Part shown: in pieces, positions 27,900 to 41,600 of the stretch
How the letters are laid out: each line of letters starts with the position of its first letter
Position numbering within the stretch: the first letter of the stretch is position 1
Assembly (NCBI GenBank): GCA_002104905.1
Contig: MCFE01000140.1
Location: 62,001-126,000 of the forward strand
Reading direction: 5' to 3'
DNA: 64,000 nt
Source: Basidiobolus meristosporus CBS 931.73
Lineage: Eukaryota > Fungi > Basidiobolomycota
Position numbers and translations under genes: made by a program
Notes under the pieces: model-generated
What the model saw: the letters and a program-made list of their open reading frames with translations, nothing else
Databases searched by the model: none
Told to the model about the DNA's origin: nothing

Positions 27900-29350
27900 A
27901 TGACTTCCAGCACCATCAAGAAATATCTGGAATCTCCAGTTGGGCCCCCTCCCAAGTTCCCAAACATCCAGAAGCTGTGTTTGGTAAACAACCTCATCTA
28001 CCACAAGCAGCAGCTTTATGTCCCAGACCTTGCCACCCAGCTAGACATCATTAAGTCTTGGCATGATTCAATGGCTGCAGGCCACTTTGGTACTGCCAAA
28101 ACCTTGAATGCTATCAACAGAGATTTCTGGTGGCCTAGAATGATAACTCTTATCAAAGAGTACATTCTGACTTGTGATATTTGCAACCATGCAAAACCAG
28201 CCAGACACCAGCCCTATGGACTTCTTCAGCCCTTGCCTATCCCAGAACACCAATGGAGATTGATATCTATGGACTTCATTACTGACCTCCCTGAGTCATG
28301 TGGCTTCAATGCTATACTTGTAGTGGCTGACCAGCTGACCAAGATGGCTCACTTTATCCCTTGCTGTAAGAACACTGATGCAAAACAAACGCTGCTTTAG
28401 TCCTGAAGAATATTTTCCGCCTTCATGGTATCCCCAGTGATATTGTGTCAGAAAGAGGCCCACAGTTTGCGTCCAATTTTTGGAAACACTTCATGCAATA
28501 CCTTGGTGTTCAAGTCAAGCTCTCTGCTGCCTTCCATCCACAGTCTGATGGCCAGACTGAAAGAATCAACCAGATTCTAGAGCAATACCTCTGGTGCTAT
28601 ATCAATTACCAGCAAGACAATTGGGTTGATCTACTCCTGGTTGCTGAGTTTACCTACAACAACTCAAGCCATGGTGCAAACGGTTTTACACCATTCTATG
28701 CAAGCTATGGATTCCACCCTCAGTTTGATATCCAGAGTACAACAAACCCAATGAGCCCACATGTGGCTGAATATGCCCAAGCAATCCAGGACATCCAGAA
28801 TACCCTCAGGGAAGAACTATCCTTAGCTCAGGAAAGCTACAAGAAATTTGCCAATCTAAAACTGCATCCCAGCCCTGATCTTAATGAAGGAGATTATGTA
28901 TGGTTGCTCAGAAGAAACATCAGCACCAACTGCCCTTGTGACAAGTTGGATTTCAAGAAACTTGGTCCCTTCAAGAGCAAGAAGAAGCTTACCCCTATAG
29001 TTTATCAGCTACAGTTACCAGCAAGTATGAAAATCCATGATACTTTCCATGTGTCCCTCCTGGAGCCGTATGGTGGGAACACCTTGCCAAACCGGCAAGA
29101 AGCAAAGCCCCAAGCCATCCTGGTTGACCAACATCAAGAATTTGAAGTTAAACAGATTCTAGACTCTAAGTATATCCGGCCAAAGCTGTACTACTTAGTA
29201 GACTGGATTGGTTATGGTCCAAGTGACCAAACATGGGAACCAGCTACCCATCTCACTAATTGTCAAGAACTAGTTACCAAGTTCCACCAGCAATATCCTG
29301 CAAAACCTGCCCCAAAGGGAAACAGAGCTTTGCCTGGAAGAGGAGAATAG
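27900..29350 (+). pseudogene. Chromovirus integrase with C-terminal chromodomain (frameshifted)
   Basis: HHCC zinc finger, SMDFI, SERGPQF, DGQTER, GPF; chromodomain FEVKQILDS...YLVDWIGYGPSDQTWEP. Confidence 0.93.
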
Positions 29351-29871
29351 TGTCATGATCATATGACAACCATGAACACCCATGCCAAGTTTCAGCTTCC
29401 TAGCTCAATTTCTGAGAGATTCCTTCTGGATCCTTCTACCACCTTCCAGAAAGTTCCTGACCATTCCAAACCATTGTTATACAATGGAACATTCCATGGA
29501 AGCTTCCCATTGTATTTTTCATAGTCCAGTACCATATATGGAAATACCAGGTCACATGACTTAGTCACATCATCAAGTGACCCAATCCATTTCCCCATCC
29601 TGTCTCAATGCCTTGCCTTCTATATTATTATCCCCAGCACATTGCTGTGCCTCACCCCACAACCCCATTAATATTAGCCAATATCTCTTGGCATCAGTAT
29701 AACCAGAAAGTATATATAGTCCTATTCCCCCCTTAAGTATTCCTCAGTCTGATAAACACAGGTCTTGAATGCACTGCCTTGCCTTGAATCCTGCCTTGCC
29801 TTGATGGTCCACACCTAAGTCCTTCCCAGCCATGCCTAGCTTTTCCTCCTGCCTTGTGTCTATTCATAACA
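29351..29871 (+). repeat. Chromovirus 3' LTR (521 bp)
   Basis: TGTCATGA...TTCATAACA; second copy at 40893-41414. Confidence 0.9.
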
Positions 29872-30235
29872 GAGAGCCTGAGGAGTCTGCATTTTTACCT
29901 TCAGTGGGCACACTGCCAACAGGGCATTTTTTGGTTATAGCCCTGCTTGTTGCACTGATTGTCAAGGCAAGCTGTTGTCCAACCATTCTTCTGCTGCCAA
30001 CAGTAGTGGGGCTTAGTTGAGAACCAGACAATTTTGATTTATTTTTAGCGGCATATATGTGGAAGTGAGTCATACCAAAGGGAAAATAGTGCTACATATA
30101 CATTGGTATCATCATTAAATCTTACATTCATGTAGGTGCAATGTCCTAAGCTCAAGACTGTCTTAAATTTACATGAGTATTGACCTAAAAGTGATATATC
30201 AGCATTAAGTTGTTGAAGGTCAAACTGTTTGCCCC

Positions 30236-33200
30236 ATGGACAAGACTACGTTGACTCAACACTGTAAGAGAAGAGAAAAATGGCCATGTAGATATTGTGG
30301 CAAGCCTCTCAGCCATGAAGCAAGCAGACAGCATGGGAAGTATTACAAGGATCATGGCCAGTGTTTTGCCACCCAAGTCATATTTGACCATTCATTGGTC
30401 AATACCATACCAACATGATCTTGCCAGTCAGTTGATAATTCTATATTGGCACCTGGCCATCTTTGTCACCTTACACAAACAGTGTCAGGTGAGTTTGTGG
30501 AGCCTTTAGGCTCACATCAGCTTTCTGAATATGGCAGGCAGAGTGATAGCTCTGACAAAGAATGCTCACCAATGGATTTTCAGCCTATCTCCCCTTACAA
30601 CAGTACCATGTATGAGCCCAGTAAAATCCCTATATGCAATGAGACAACACCTGTTGAAACAAATGCCAAGGATACTTTATAGAGCCAAGTGAGCCCAGTA
30701 ATCCATCTACTGGTGAATGATGTAATGTTGTGGCTAGAGAAGTGGCGTGTTTCCACTAGTATCAGTAATGGGGGCTTTGAGGATTTATTACTACTTCTTG
30801 CCAAAATCATACTGAGATGCAACTTACAATGTGCATGATACAAGTGGACAATTTACATTCAGCTGGCAACATATCACCCAGTAACTGTTCAGATTTCAGT
30901 ATGTGTTAGCACTTGCATGACATTCATACCAAAAATGCTATAGTTGCAGCCTCTCCAAATTGTCAGGAATCCACTACTATTGAGGGAAAGCTGTTGTAAA
31001 TGTTTGTATTTCCACTCAGATATTCTCCTAGCTTAGTCACTAAGATCATTATTCTCAAATCCTAGAGAATACTGACCAAATTCCTTGTTGGGACTTACTT
31101 AGAATATTTACATCAAAATACCAGGTACCCAGAACATGAAAATTCTCAAAGTTGTCCAAACAGCCCCAAACTTTGCACACATGTCTTTGGGACCTTCCTT
31201 AACCTATTCTGTGTGTCTGTTATGCCAAGACCATGTAAAAGTATAAATACAACTTTTACATTCAGTAAATTACTAAGTGAAAACTACAAAATCTACTTGT
31301 TCTCCCAATCACTTCCAATATCTCCAAGACTCTTACAACAGGTTATGAGCCCCAAGCTCTCACTCTCTGCAATGTCTACCAATGCTGTAACTGGAACTTT
31401 TTGCTCTGCTAAAAAGTTGGATGGATCCAACTACCAAGTGTGGAAGGTGAAGATGAAGATGCTGCTACAAGAAAGAGGCCTTTAGGATATTGTCATGGGA
31501 GGAGAATGCCCTCCTAAAAATGTGACAGAGGAAGCCTTAAAGTACCAGAAGAAAGAACAAAGTGCCTATAACAGCATTTGCCTTAATGTTAAAGACAAAT
31601 TGCTAATTTAATGCTCACAAGTAAAAATGGCAAAGAATGCCTGGAAGGCATTGGAAGACACCCACCAGTCATGTTTAGATGCTAAGAAATGTATCTGAGA
31701 CAAAAATTCCTTACTACAAAGATGCTGCCAGGAGATGAAATGAAAAATCTAATTAGCAGAGTTACACTGCTGGTATATGAGATGGAATCTGTGGGTGTAC
31801 CAAATACTGATGAGGATGTGTCAGTTATCATCCTGAATAGACTGACAGACAGGTTTCAGGGCCTTGTATCAGCCCTAGAGTCCAGAACTGATGATTTGAC
31901 CTTAAATTACATATGTGGGAGGCTCCTGGATGAAGAATTAAGAAAGTCGAGCACCAATAAGAAGGAAGAGAAATATGCTTTAATATGCAATGCCAACCAA
32001 AAGAGGAGGTACCCAGGACCCTAAAAAGACAACAGCAACCTGATTTGCAACTGCTGCAAAAGGAAAGCACACACATCAGACCAGTGTCTCAAAAGGAGAG
32101 ATAATCAGCAAAAGAAGCCTAATATGGAAATGCTGTAACAACTGAAGATAGACTATTCATATCTGCACTAAGTATGACCACAAACAGGAACTCTCAGATG
32201 TGGTACATTGACCCTGGAGCATCTCAACACTTTACACACCAAAAAGAGCTTTTTACCCAATATCAAGAATTTCCAATTAAGAAGGTTTTCATTGGTGATG
32301 ATAGAACACTTGATGCAGTGGTAGAAGGAGCTATCCAAGTAAGCCTTAGAAGCAGTGAAGGAAGCCATACACCAACCTTTAAAGAAGTACTCTATGCACT
32401 AGAAATAGCCAAGAACGTACTATCTGTAAGCAAGGCCACTGCAGAAGGACTCAGTTTCAGCTTTGACAAGTCTGGATGAAAGATCACTGATCAAAATGAT
32501 GCCCATATTGCTTTGGGTATCAGAGATTAGAATCTATACAAGTTGGCTTATATTCAATCAAATTTGGAAGCCAATCTTAGTAACTTAAATGAAGAAACAC
32601 CAATGCTTTGGCACGGGAGATTTGGGCACATCAATTTTGATTATTTACACAAAATGATCAAAGATCAGCTAATATCTGGAGTAAAAATTGATCCCCAGCT
32701 AATTTGGAGCACTGTGAAGCCTGCATATATGTGAGACAAGCCAGACAACTGTTCAAGAGCTCTGGGTTGATCAAAACTAAGAACATATTAGCTCTAATTT
32801 ACCCAGATCTGTGTGGACCTATGCAAAATATATCCTTAGGTGAGATGAAGTATTTAAACACTTTTATTGATGAGTATACAAGATACATGTGGGTTTACTT
32901 CATGGAAAGAAAGGAAGAAGCTCTGTCTAAGCTCAGGGAGCTCAAAGCCATGGTGGAGGGAGAAACTGGTGAAAAAATCAAGAAAATACGCTCTGTCAAA
33001 GGTGGAGAATATACCTCAAATTTCTTCATCCACTTCTGCAAAATTCATGGGATAACGCAAGAGACTACTGTACCATACTCCCCACAGCAAAATAAAATGG
33101 CAGAATATGCTAACAGATCAATAATTGATAAGGCAAGATCTATGATCCATGATCAAAAATTGTCCTATAATTTTTGGGTGGAATCAATTGCCACTGCTGT

Positions 33201-36200
33201 ATACCTTAAAATAGGAGTTTTAACAGAATACTTTGTAAATCTACTCCATTTGAAGCATGGTATGGATATAGACCAAGTGCAGAACATCTAAGAATATTTG
33301 GGTGTATAGCATATGGCAAGAAACTGCCTGGAAACCAGCCAAACTTGAACTAAAAAGTGTAAAGTGCATATTTTTGGGCTACTGCAATGAGAGTGCAGCA
33401 CACAGACTCTACAATACCAAAGGAAAGGCACTAATCAAGTCCAGGGATGTGTTGTATGATGAAATTCTAAATTTTTGTAAGATATGACAGCAGATGATGA
33501 TAAAAATCTGATCTCAAGTCCACCAATTGTCAGGATTGAATCAGAACAAAACAATGAAAGTTTTTTCACTCCAGAGGACTCTTCAACCATAGTTTAGCCA
33601 GAATCAGTGCCCAGGAATATTCTAGAAGTGATCATTCCAGTATCAGATGCCAGGAGATCCAATCAGACAAGAAATAGACCAAAATTACTATATCAATGAG
33701 GGTGCAAACTTAGCCTATGCCTATTCAGTCCATATTGATGAGATCCAGACTGTAAAAGAGGCCCTAAATAGTCCTCAGACAAAGTTTTGGAGATCAGCAA
33801 TGACTGATGAATATCAGGCCCTGATGGAAAATCAAACTTGGGACTTGGTCAAATTACCAATCAACCAAAAATCAATTGGATGCAGATGGACTTTAAGACA
33901 AAATGCAAGGCTGATGATACAAGTGAAAGATAAAAAGCAAGACTTGTGACCAAAGGATACTCTCAAACAAACAGACTTGACTATACTGAGACCTTTGCAC
34001 TGGTAGCCAAGTTTAATTCCATCAGATTAATATTGGCTATTGCAGCCAAATATAGGTTTTTTATTCATCAAATGGATGTAAAAACGGCATTTTGAATGGA
34101 GAACTTGATGAGGATGTGTATATGGACCAGTCTGATGGGTTTTTTGACCATGATAATCCCCATTTGATCTGCAAGCTTATAAAGTCTCTGTATGGTTTAA
34201 ACAATCACCAAGAGCCTTCAATTGCAGGATAGATTCTTATTTGGAATCTTTGAATCTCAAAAGGGGTAATGCTGACTATAATATATACTATAAGCCAGAT
34301 AGAGCGGATCCAGTTTTATTAGCTCTACCTGTGGATGATCTCATTATAGCCACCAATAACCTAGAAGCATTGGAAGCGACCAAATCCAGCCTATCTAAGG
34401 AGTTCAAGATGTCCAATCTAGGAGAACTCAGTTACTACTTACGGATTAAGTTCTCCATAGACAGAAGTACCCAGACTATCACCCTAAGCCAATCCAAGTA
34501 TATTCAAGATAAACTAAAGAAGCACCAAATGGAAGACTGTTAACTGGCAGTTGCTCCAATGTAGATACATCTTAACTTGGTCAAAACTCAATCAAATCAA
34601 GAGAGCTAGGTGCCATCTGAAAGCCCTGCCTTCCTTATCAATCTATAGTTGGCATTCTGATGTATATCATGCCTGGAACATATCCAGATATCTCATATTC
34701 AGTGGGAGTTGTCAACCAGCATAATCAGAACTATGGATCTGATCATATTGCAGTAGTAAAGTGGATTTTTGGATACCTAAAAGGAAATACTGATATCTAC
34801 TTGAGATACACTTATAAGGATTCAGAACAGGATCTTGTGGGATACTCTGATGCTGATTGGGGACAAAATTTAGAAGACAGAAGATCCACCACAGGATACA
34901 CCTTACTTGACTGTAAAGGAGCAATTTCATGAAATTCAAGATAACAACCAACCATAGCACTTTCTACCACAGAGACAAAGTGCATGGCAGCCTGTGATGT
35001 TACAAAAGAAGCAATGTGGTTAAGAAAGATTTTCACAGATATAGGCCTATGTTAAAAAAATCCTATTACTTTATTTCAAGATAATCAAGGTTGTATACAG
35101 TTAGGTAGAAATCCAACTTTTCATACTAGAACTAAGTACATAGATATTAGGCATAATTTCATATGTAAAGATATAGAGAATAACTTAGCTAGCTTAGTTT
35201 ACTATCCTACAGATGAAATGATTGCAGACATATTTGCCAAGCCATTAGCTAGAGACAAGTTTGAACATCTTAGGTCAGAGTTAGGACTAGTCAGTATGAA
35301 CATTTAGCTGAGAGGGGTGTTGTAAAAGTTTGTAATTCTACCCAAATATTCACCTAACTTAGTCACTTAGATCATTAACTTCAAATCCTAGAGAATACTG
35401 ACTAAATTTCTTGTTAGGATTTACTTAGAATATTTTCACCAAAATACCAGGTGCCCAGAACATGAAAATTCTCAAGGTTGTCCAAACAGCCCCAAGCTTT
35501 GCACACATGTTATTGGGACCTTCCTTAATCAATTCTATGTGTTTGTAATGCCAAGACCATATAAAAGTATAAATATTACTTTTACATTCAATATATCATT
35601 AAGCAAATTCAACATAATCTACTTGTCCTCCCAATCACTTCCAATATCTCCAAGACTCTTATAACAAAAACAACATTCACACTCTGGATATATTCCAGTA
35701 ATACCCCATCTAAAGAAGCTCTTGCAGTCCAACAAGTACTGCAAAGCTTAAAGTACTGCACTTAGTATTAATCAAGCACCAACATATCCAATATATTCAA
35801 TGGCAAACTTTACAAGCAGCTAAGAAGCAAGGGCTACTTTGAAGGTATGTATTACTATGCCTTTGTTTTAGCACTTGATGAGTTCTCATTAAGCAAGTAC
35901 TCTATCAGCAAATCCTGCTAGCCACTGATTCTCATCAACCTGAATTTGCCACCTATTTTACCATATCTGGGCAAAAATCTGATGGTGGTCTCACTGGTAT
36001 CTGGGCCTAAAGCACCTTACTACCTGGATAGCTACCTGCATCTATTTCTGGATGAATTTTGCATGCTTTCCAGCAGGATAACAGTATATGACTACCACAT
36101 CAAAGCGCATATTATTATCTGTATTGGAGTTACCCCAGCCATCAGCAAGCTAGCTAGCTTTTCTGAGCACCATTCATGGTATTGTAGTCAAATGTGTGAG

Positions 36201-37900
36201 ATATAGGGGACTTACTCCATAACTCACGCATATTATGATTACCCTAGCAGCAACAATAAGAACATTATTTTTCTGCACAGAGAACATACAGGAGTCAGCA
36301 TGCCATTGCAGCAATGTTGGTAAGCTATAAGCCATTGGTCTGAATATGGAATTAATTGGATATCAGATATACTTAAGATAGAGTGTATCTATTGTGGCAA
36401 AAGCTTTCCACTGGGAGCAATGCATTTGCTTTTCAACAATATCACTTTACTGATAACCAAGTTGTACATGGGGCATTTCAAGCTAAATGAGCCCTTTGAG
36501 ATACACAAGAAATTTGAAGAATTGTCAAGATATTACAGAGTATCCACTACCCTAAGTACTTCTCACAGGCTCCAATCAGCATTTAAATGCATATGCAATA
36601 ATATAAGTGCAAAGAACAGATGAACTGGATATGTATTTATTCAAGAAGTCTTCAGAAGCCATTTCTACCAAGAGTATGTTAGAAGCATTGGGAATTGTAT
36701 GTGGCCATTTTAGGAATATTTATGCAGAAGCAGATAGCTGATGCCAACTTGATGCATTTACATCTCTTGTGCAAAGAGTTTGTGATGGGATTTGAACAGC
36801 TATCCTACAAGCATAGAGCTAAGTGCATGGATTTCTGCTGCTACTGTATTCATTTGCTACTCCATCTTGCTTGGTGTGTTGAGAATATTGGAACTTGCTT
36901 CACCTTTTGGGATTTCTAAGGAGCCAATATCTGGGTACATAGGAAGAAAAGTCAAGTTGCAGGTACTACCATATCCCAGTCTCATCACAAATACTACCTT
37001 CAAATCCATCATAAATCTGATGAGTTGGCACATGGAGGACTGCCAGGAGGAGTTGGAAAATACCAAGGGCAGATGTGCACATGAAGACACCTATGCCTAT
37101 GGCATTAAGAAGCTAAGCAGCCACAATGCATGGGTAATTAGTTAATAATGCAAAGTTGGATTAGATGCAACAGGCAACCAATTTTTATTAGGAATGCTCT
37201 ACTAAGGTATGTTGGATCTCTCTTGGTCACAAGTAAGTTTCTGCTTCATTCAACACAGAATTCACCAAACAAGAGCCAGAATACACCTACAAGGGAGACC
37301 AGAATCTAACAGGGAGAAGGAATATAATGGCTAAACACCATAGAGTTCTTTGCCGATATTCAGGAGGTATTCACGGAAGAAGTGATGGGAACTAGTCATA
37401 TGTTTAAATGATGTATTTGTTACCAGCAATACAAGGTAGATTGCAACTTTGAAAGTATCACACCAAAAAGCTACAAAAATGAGGCAATAGAAGTATGTCA
37501 ATTGCAGCAGGTGTGCACATTTGTAGAGTTTAGTAAGCAGGAGGCCATAGTGTTTTTAGATTCAATCAATATGTGGAATACCCAAGGTAGTAGTGGGTAA
37601 GTAAATAAAGAGGGGTGATTCTACAGTGGAATACATACATTGCACAAGGGGAGGTAGAAAAAGGACATACCATTTGGTAAATTGGTACAGTAGCATTATA
37701 CAGAGCTAGCTGTAGGCTGTCATACTGCTGTAATAATACCATCAGAGGCCTGCAATGAGGCTGTCAAAACACTATTAAGTTTTTTGCCACATAGGTCAAT
37801 TGGATGTACTGGCCAGTGAGATCCACTCAAATAGGTGTAGAACACACTAGGACTGCAACAATGCCATGCCACCCTTGGTAAAATACCATACAAACACTGT
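30236..37900 (+). pseudogene. CACTA tnp2/Transposase_21-type gene of copy 2, split by Copia-B1
   Basis: N-terminal CRYCGKPLSHEASRQH; LVSGPKAPYYLDSYLHLFLDEF; HLLLHLAWCVENIG. Many stops; the 3' boundary is approximate. Confidence 0.8.
30992..35666 (+). mobile_element. Ty1/Copia-B1 retrotransposon, decayed
   Basis: 5' LTR 30992-31340, PBS GGTTATGAGCCC, gag (KLDGSNYQVWKVKM), PR, INT, RT and RH fragments, 3' LTR 35318-35666. TSD AAAGC/AAAAC; the flanks rejoin into CACTA transposase. Confidence 0.93.
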
Positions 37901-38022
37901 TATGTTTTTTAACTTTATTTTACTGTAAAATTAGCCAAACACCATTGTGATCCCATCTTAAGAATTTATAGATGATCATTAACTCCAAGCTGCTGGTATT
38001 ATAGTGGTCTCCTGATGGGTTC

Positions 38023-39235
38023 TGTTGTGTTGTATTATGATTAGTTTGGGGCTTGTTCTACAATGTAGAGGCTAATCAACAATATACAACAACTTTCAGT
38101 ATGCTAATACTGAAATAATTTATTGGGAGTTTGATACACCAATAGAAGATGTAACTTTCACTAATATCCTCAATCTTAGGCTCAAAGTATACTATAGGCA
38201 GTGTTTCTCACTTCTACAGCAGTATTCTGACCTTCTGTTGACTAATGGGCTTATTTACTTTGATAGTAACTTTTCCCTATTTGGAAGTCACTTTCATTTC
38301 CAAGAGAATATTTCCCAGTATGGAAGTTCTGAGCTCCCCTTTAACCTAAAGCGGTGTGTTGTAGAAGTCTCTAAAGGGGTCTTTAGACCTAAAGGGGTGT
38401 CTAAAGGGGTGTCTTTAGAGTAAAGGGGCTTCTTGTAGTGGTCTCTAAAGTGGACTTTAAACTAATGGGGTGCCAAAAGTGGCTTCTTTAGAGTAAAGCG
38501 GTTTTTTAAAGGGGTCTCTAAAGGGGTGTCTTTAGAGTATAGGGGCTTCTTAGAGGGGACGTTTCCAACAGAAAGGCAGTAGTTTTGTGTAGAAATTACA
38601 TTGGATTCTTATGAGCTTTGCAGTCTCTTTACTGATGTAGTAGCAATCAAAGTCCAAATACTCAACAGTGCAAGTGATGCAGGGGAAGTCTTGTAGCCTT
38701 TAAACTTGTAATTGTAGTGTGAAGATTCTGGAAAGAGAGGCTCTCCTTTATTTTTCAGCTGGGGAAGTCATATATATGAAATTTCTGAAGGATCAAAGTT
38801 TTTGGGCAATTGCACAAGCAATACACTTATACAGAGCTAAAATTTTGCAGTGGCACAGATTAGATATAGGTGCAGCACTTGTGAGAGTCTCACGTGACTT
38901 GATTGGATAGTGCGTAAGTTACATGCAATCAAAGTCACCATAGTAATCCTAGCAATAGTGGCCCAGTACATATAATAATTGGACTCTTTTTGTCATAACT
39001 CCTTAAGCACTGCTTCAAATGAGCTGTGATTTGAAACATGTGTTGGCTACTGTGCGCTCTGTGTGAAATAATATTCTTGGGTGGATTGCTTGTCATGGTC
39101 TGGAATATTTGTCCTTCAAAGTGGTGAATTTGTGATCTTTCACCTGTGTTTTATGATAGCAAAAAGCAAAAAGAAGAAATGAGTGCAATATTGGTTTTAA
39201 GATATTGTAGTAATGGAATACTTTCCATTACCACA
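38023..39235. mobile_element. Unclassified 1.2-kb TG...CA insertion
   Basis: Interrupts the CACTA subterminal sequence (compare 23761-23790); flanks GTTC/GATC; no recognisable protein. Confidence 0.45.
38347..38558 (+). repeat. Imperfect TAAAGGGG minisatellite array (~13 units)
   Basis: Repeated TAAAG(G/C/T)GG units with variable spacers; higher-order duplication of 38400-38438 at 38517-38555. Confidence 0.85.
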
Positions 39236-39329
39236 GATCTGGATTGCTGATCCAGATTGGATCTACCTGTGTGACCAAATTATTTCTTGTAGGGCAGCCA
39301 GTATATTGTTAGCTGATGCTAAAGCACTA

Positions 39330-40716
39330 ATGAGGTAATCAGGTGCAGTGGCTAATAGGATAGTTGCAATGGGTTAGAGAAATCAGGGAAGAGTCCAGAG
39401 ACAAGTTGCTCTCATAATATGTTTAGAGCAATTGTTATCCCAGGACTTAAGTAACTCAACATCATAGACCACAATTGAGCCATTTCCCAATGTGACAGCA
39501 GAGTAACACCTTACAGTCTCTGAAGTACGGCAACAGTGCCCTTAATTAAAGCTCAGAGAAAAATGTATTACAGCCTGGGAGGGAGAGACTATGATATTTA
39601 TATCAAAGACTAAAAATCAAAAGACTTGGAAGATCTGTGAAGCCATTGAGAGCAGTGCTAAGGAGTGGGCTAATATTCAAGAGGCCATCAGCAGTCTAGT
39701 ATCCTATCACCTTAAGGCCAGTATACCATGGGACCACCAGGAGCTCAAGGCAAAGCAGACTGTGCTTGGTTGGTTCTTTGAGCATTATCCTGGAGTTAAA
39801 CAAGCTAACAGATTTGGGCCCGCATTGGTATGCTAAGAAAATATCTCACAAATAGAAAAATCTATCAAGGGCAGAAAACAAGGGTGCCACAGCCAAAAAC
39901 CAGTGCCTTCCAGATAACCTGTCACAAGCAGGGCTACAAACTCTAAACAATCAATAAAGAAGCATCCGGTAGCTGGCAGGGCAATGGTAAGGGAAAAGCA
40001 GGCGGAAATAGATGCATTGGTGCAAAATTTATCAAGGATAAGACTTGGTTCTATATAAAGAGCACTCAGTTAAAGTGGTAGTGAAGAACCTGCAGTGATA
40101 AAAACCAGTGGCTTTCTCAGGATTCTGTCATCAGAAGGGCTGAAAGCTCAAGACAAGCAGTTAAGAAATGTCAGGTAGCATGAAGGGTGTTGATCAGGGA
40201 CAGGCAGGTAGAAACAGATGCACTGGTGCAGACTTTGTGAAGTAGAAGATATGGCTCAATACAAGAAGCACTCTGTCAAAGTACTAGTGAAAGACAAGGC
40301 AGTGAGAAATGTAAAGGTAAAGGGGAACAAGTCTACCCAAGCCAGAGACAGCAAAGTACAAGAAAAAAGCTGCTGCTATCACCAACTGACACTGTCAGCC
40401 CAGAACAGGCTGTATCACATGATAGCCCCAAATAATACCTACAAGACAACAGCTGCTTTCTTATGAGTTGGAAGCACAACCTATTGAGCTACACTCCAAT
40501 GAGGAAGATGAGCTTGCAGAGAAAGGTAACTTGTCTACCATGCCTCCACCCCCTCCATTGTGGAAAGAGGGGATATCCCACTGACAGATAAAGCAACAAC
40601 ATCAATAACTTGGATGATATGATAATGCCTACACTGGAACTTAAGAACTACACTAGGCACATCAAATTGTTGCAGCACTTCTTCAAGAGCAGTGCTCAAG
40701 AAAACACGCTTGTATA
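39330..40716 (+). pseudogene. CACTA accessory-gene fragment
   Basis: ORF 39591-39836 (EWANIQEAI...ASIPWDHQELKAKQ) matches 62804-63106; several internal deletions. Confidence 0.7.
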
Positions 40717-41600
40717 TGTTGTAAAAACATATAATTCCACTCAAGTATTCACTTAGCTTAATCACTTAAATCATTACCTCCAAATCCTAGAGAATACTGA
40801 CCAAAATGCTTGTTGGGATTTACCAAGAATATTATCACCAAAATATTAGGTACCCAGAACATGAGAAGCCTTAAAGCTGTTAAAACAGCCCCTGTCATGA
40901 TCACATGACAACCACAATCACCCATGTCAAGTTTCAGCTTCCTAGCTCAATTTCTAAGAGATTCCTTCTGGAGCCTTCTACCACCTTCCAGAAAGTTCCT
41001 GACCATTCCAAATCATTGTTACACAATGGAACATTCCATGGAAGCCTCCTATTGTGTTTTTCATAGTCCAGTACCATATATGGAAATACCAGGTCACATG
41101 ACTTAATCACATGATCAGGTGACCCAATCCATTTCCCCCATCTTGTCTCAGTGCCTTGCCTTCAGTATTATTATCACCAGCACTGCTGCTGTGCCTCACC
41201 TCACAACCCCATTAGTATTAGCTAATATCTCCTGGCATCAGTATAGCCAAAAAGTATATATAGTCCTATCCCCCCTTAAGTATTCCTCAGTCTGATAAAC
41301 ACAGGTCTTGAGTGAACAGCCTTGCCTTGAATCCTGCATTGCCTTGATGGTCCACACCTAAGTCCTTTCCTACCGTGTCTAGCTTTTCCTCCTGCCTTGT
41401 GTCTATTCATAACTGCCCCAAACTTTGCACACATGTTATTGGGACCTTCCTTAGTCTATTCTATGTGTTTTTATGCCAAGAACAAGTAAAAATATAGATA
41501 TTACTTTTACATTCAATAAACTATTAAGTGAAAACCACATAATCTACTTGTTCTACTTGTTCTCTCAATCACTTCCAATATCTCCAAGACTCTTACAACA
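40717..41600 (+). repeat. Copia-B LTR split by a chromovirus solo LTR
   Basis: TGTTGTAAAA...CTTACAACA; colinear with 30992-31340 once 40893-41414 is removed. Confidence 0.85.
40893..41414 (+). repeat. Chromovirus solo LTR
   Basis: Matches 29351-29871; 5-bp TSD GCCCC at 40888-40892 and 41415-41419. Confidence 0.92.

Larger units (their letters stand above)
26840..29871 (+). mobile_element. Chromovirus (Tcn1/Tf-like Ty3/Gypsy), 5' half deleted
   Basis: Starts mid-RT; RT-RNase H 26854-27786, integrase 27900-29350, PPT GGAAGAGGAGAATAG, LTR 29351-29871. Confidence 0.92.
23864..39294 (+). mobile_element. CACTA-like copy 2, apparently full length (~5.7 kb net), with four nested insertions
   Basis: Left end CACTATGACAAA, right end TTTCTTGTAGGG. 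Accessory gene on minus (~24950-26830, 29872-30070); transposase on plus (30236-30991, 35667-~37900). Interrupted by LTR-C, the chromovirus, Copia-B1 and a 1.2-kb orphan. Confidence 0.72.

Noticed and set aside
38347-38558. Interstitial telomere or CRISPR array
   Set aside because: Units are irregular, are not TTAGGG, and lack constant-length repeats with unique spacers; the context is eukaryotic with no cas genes.
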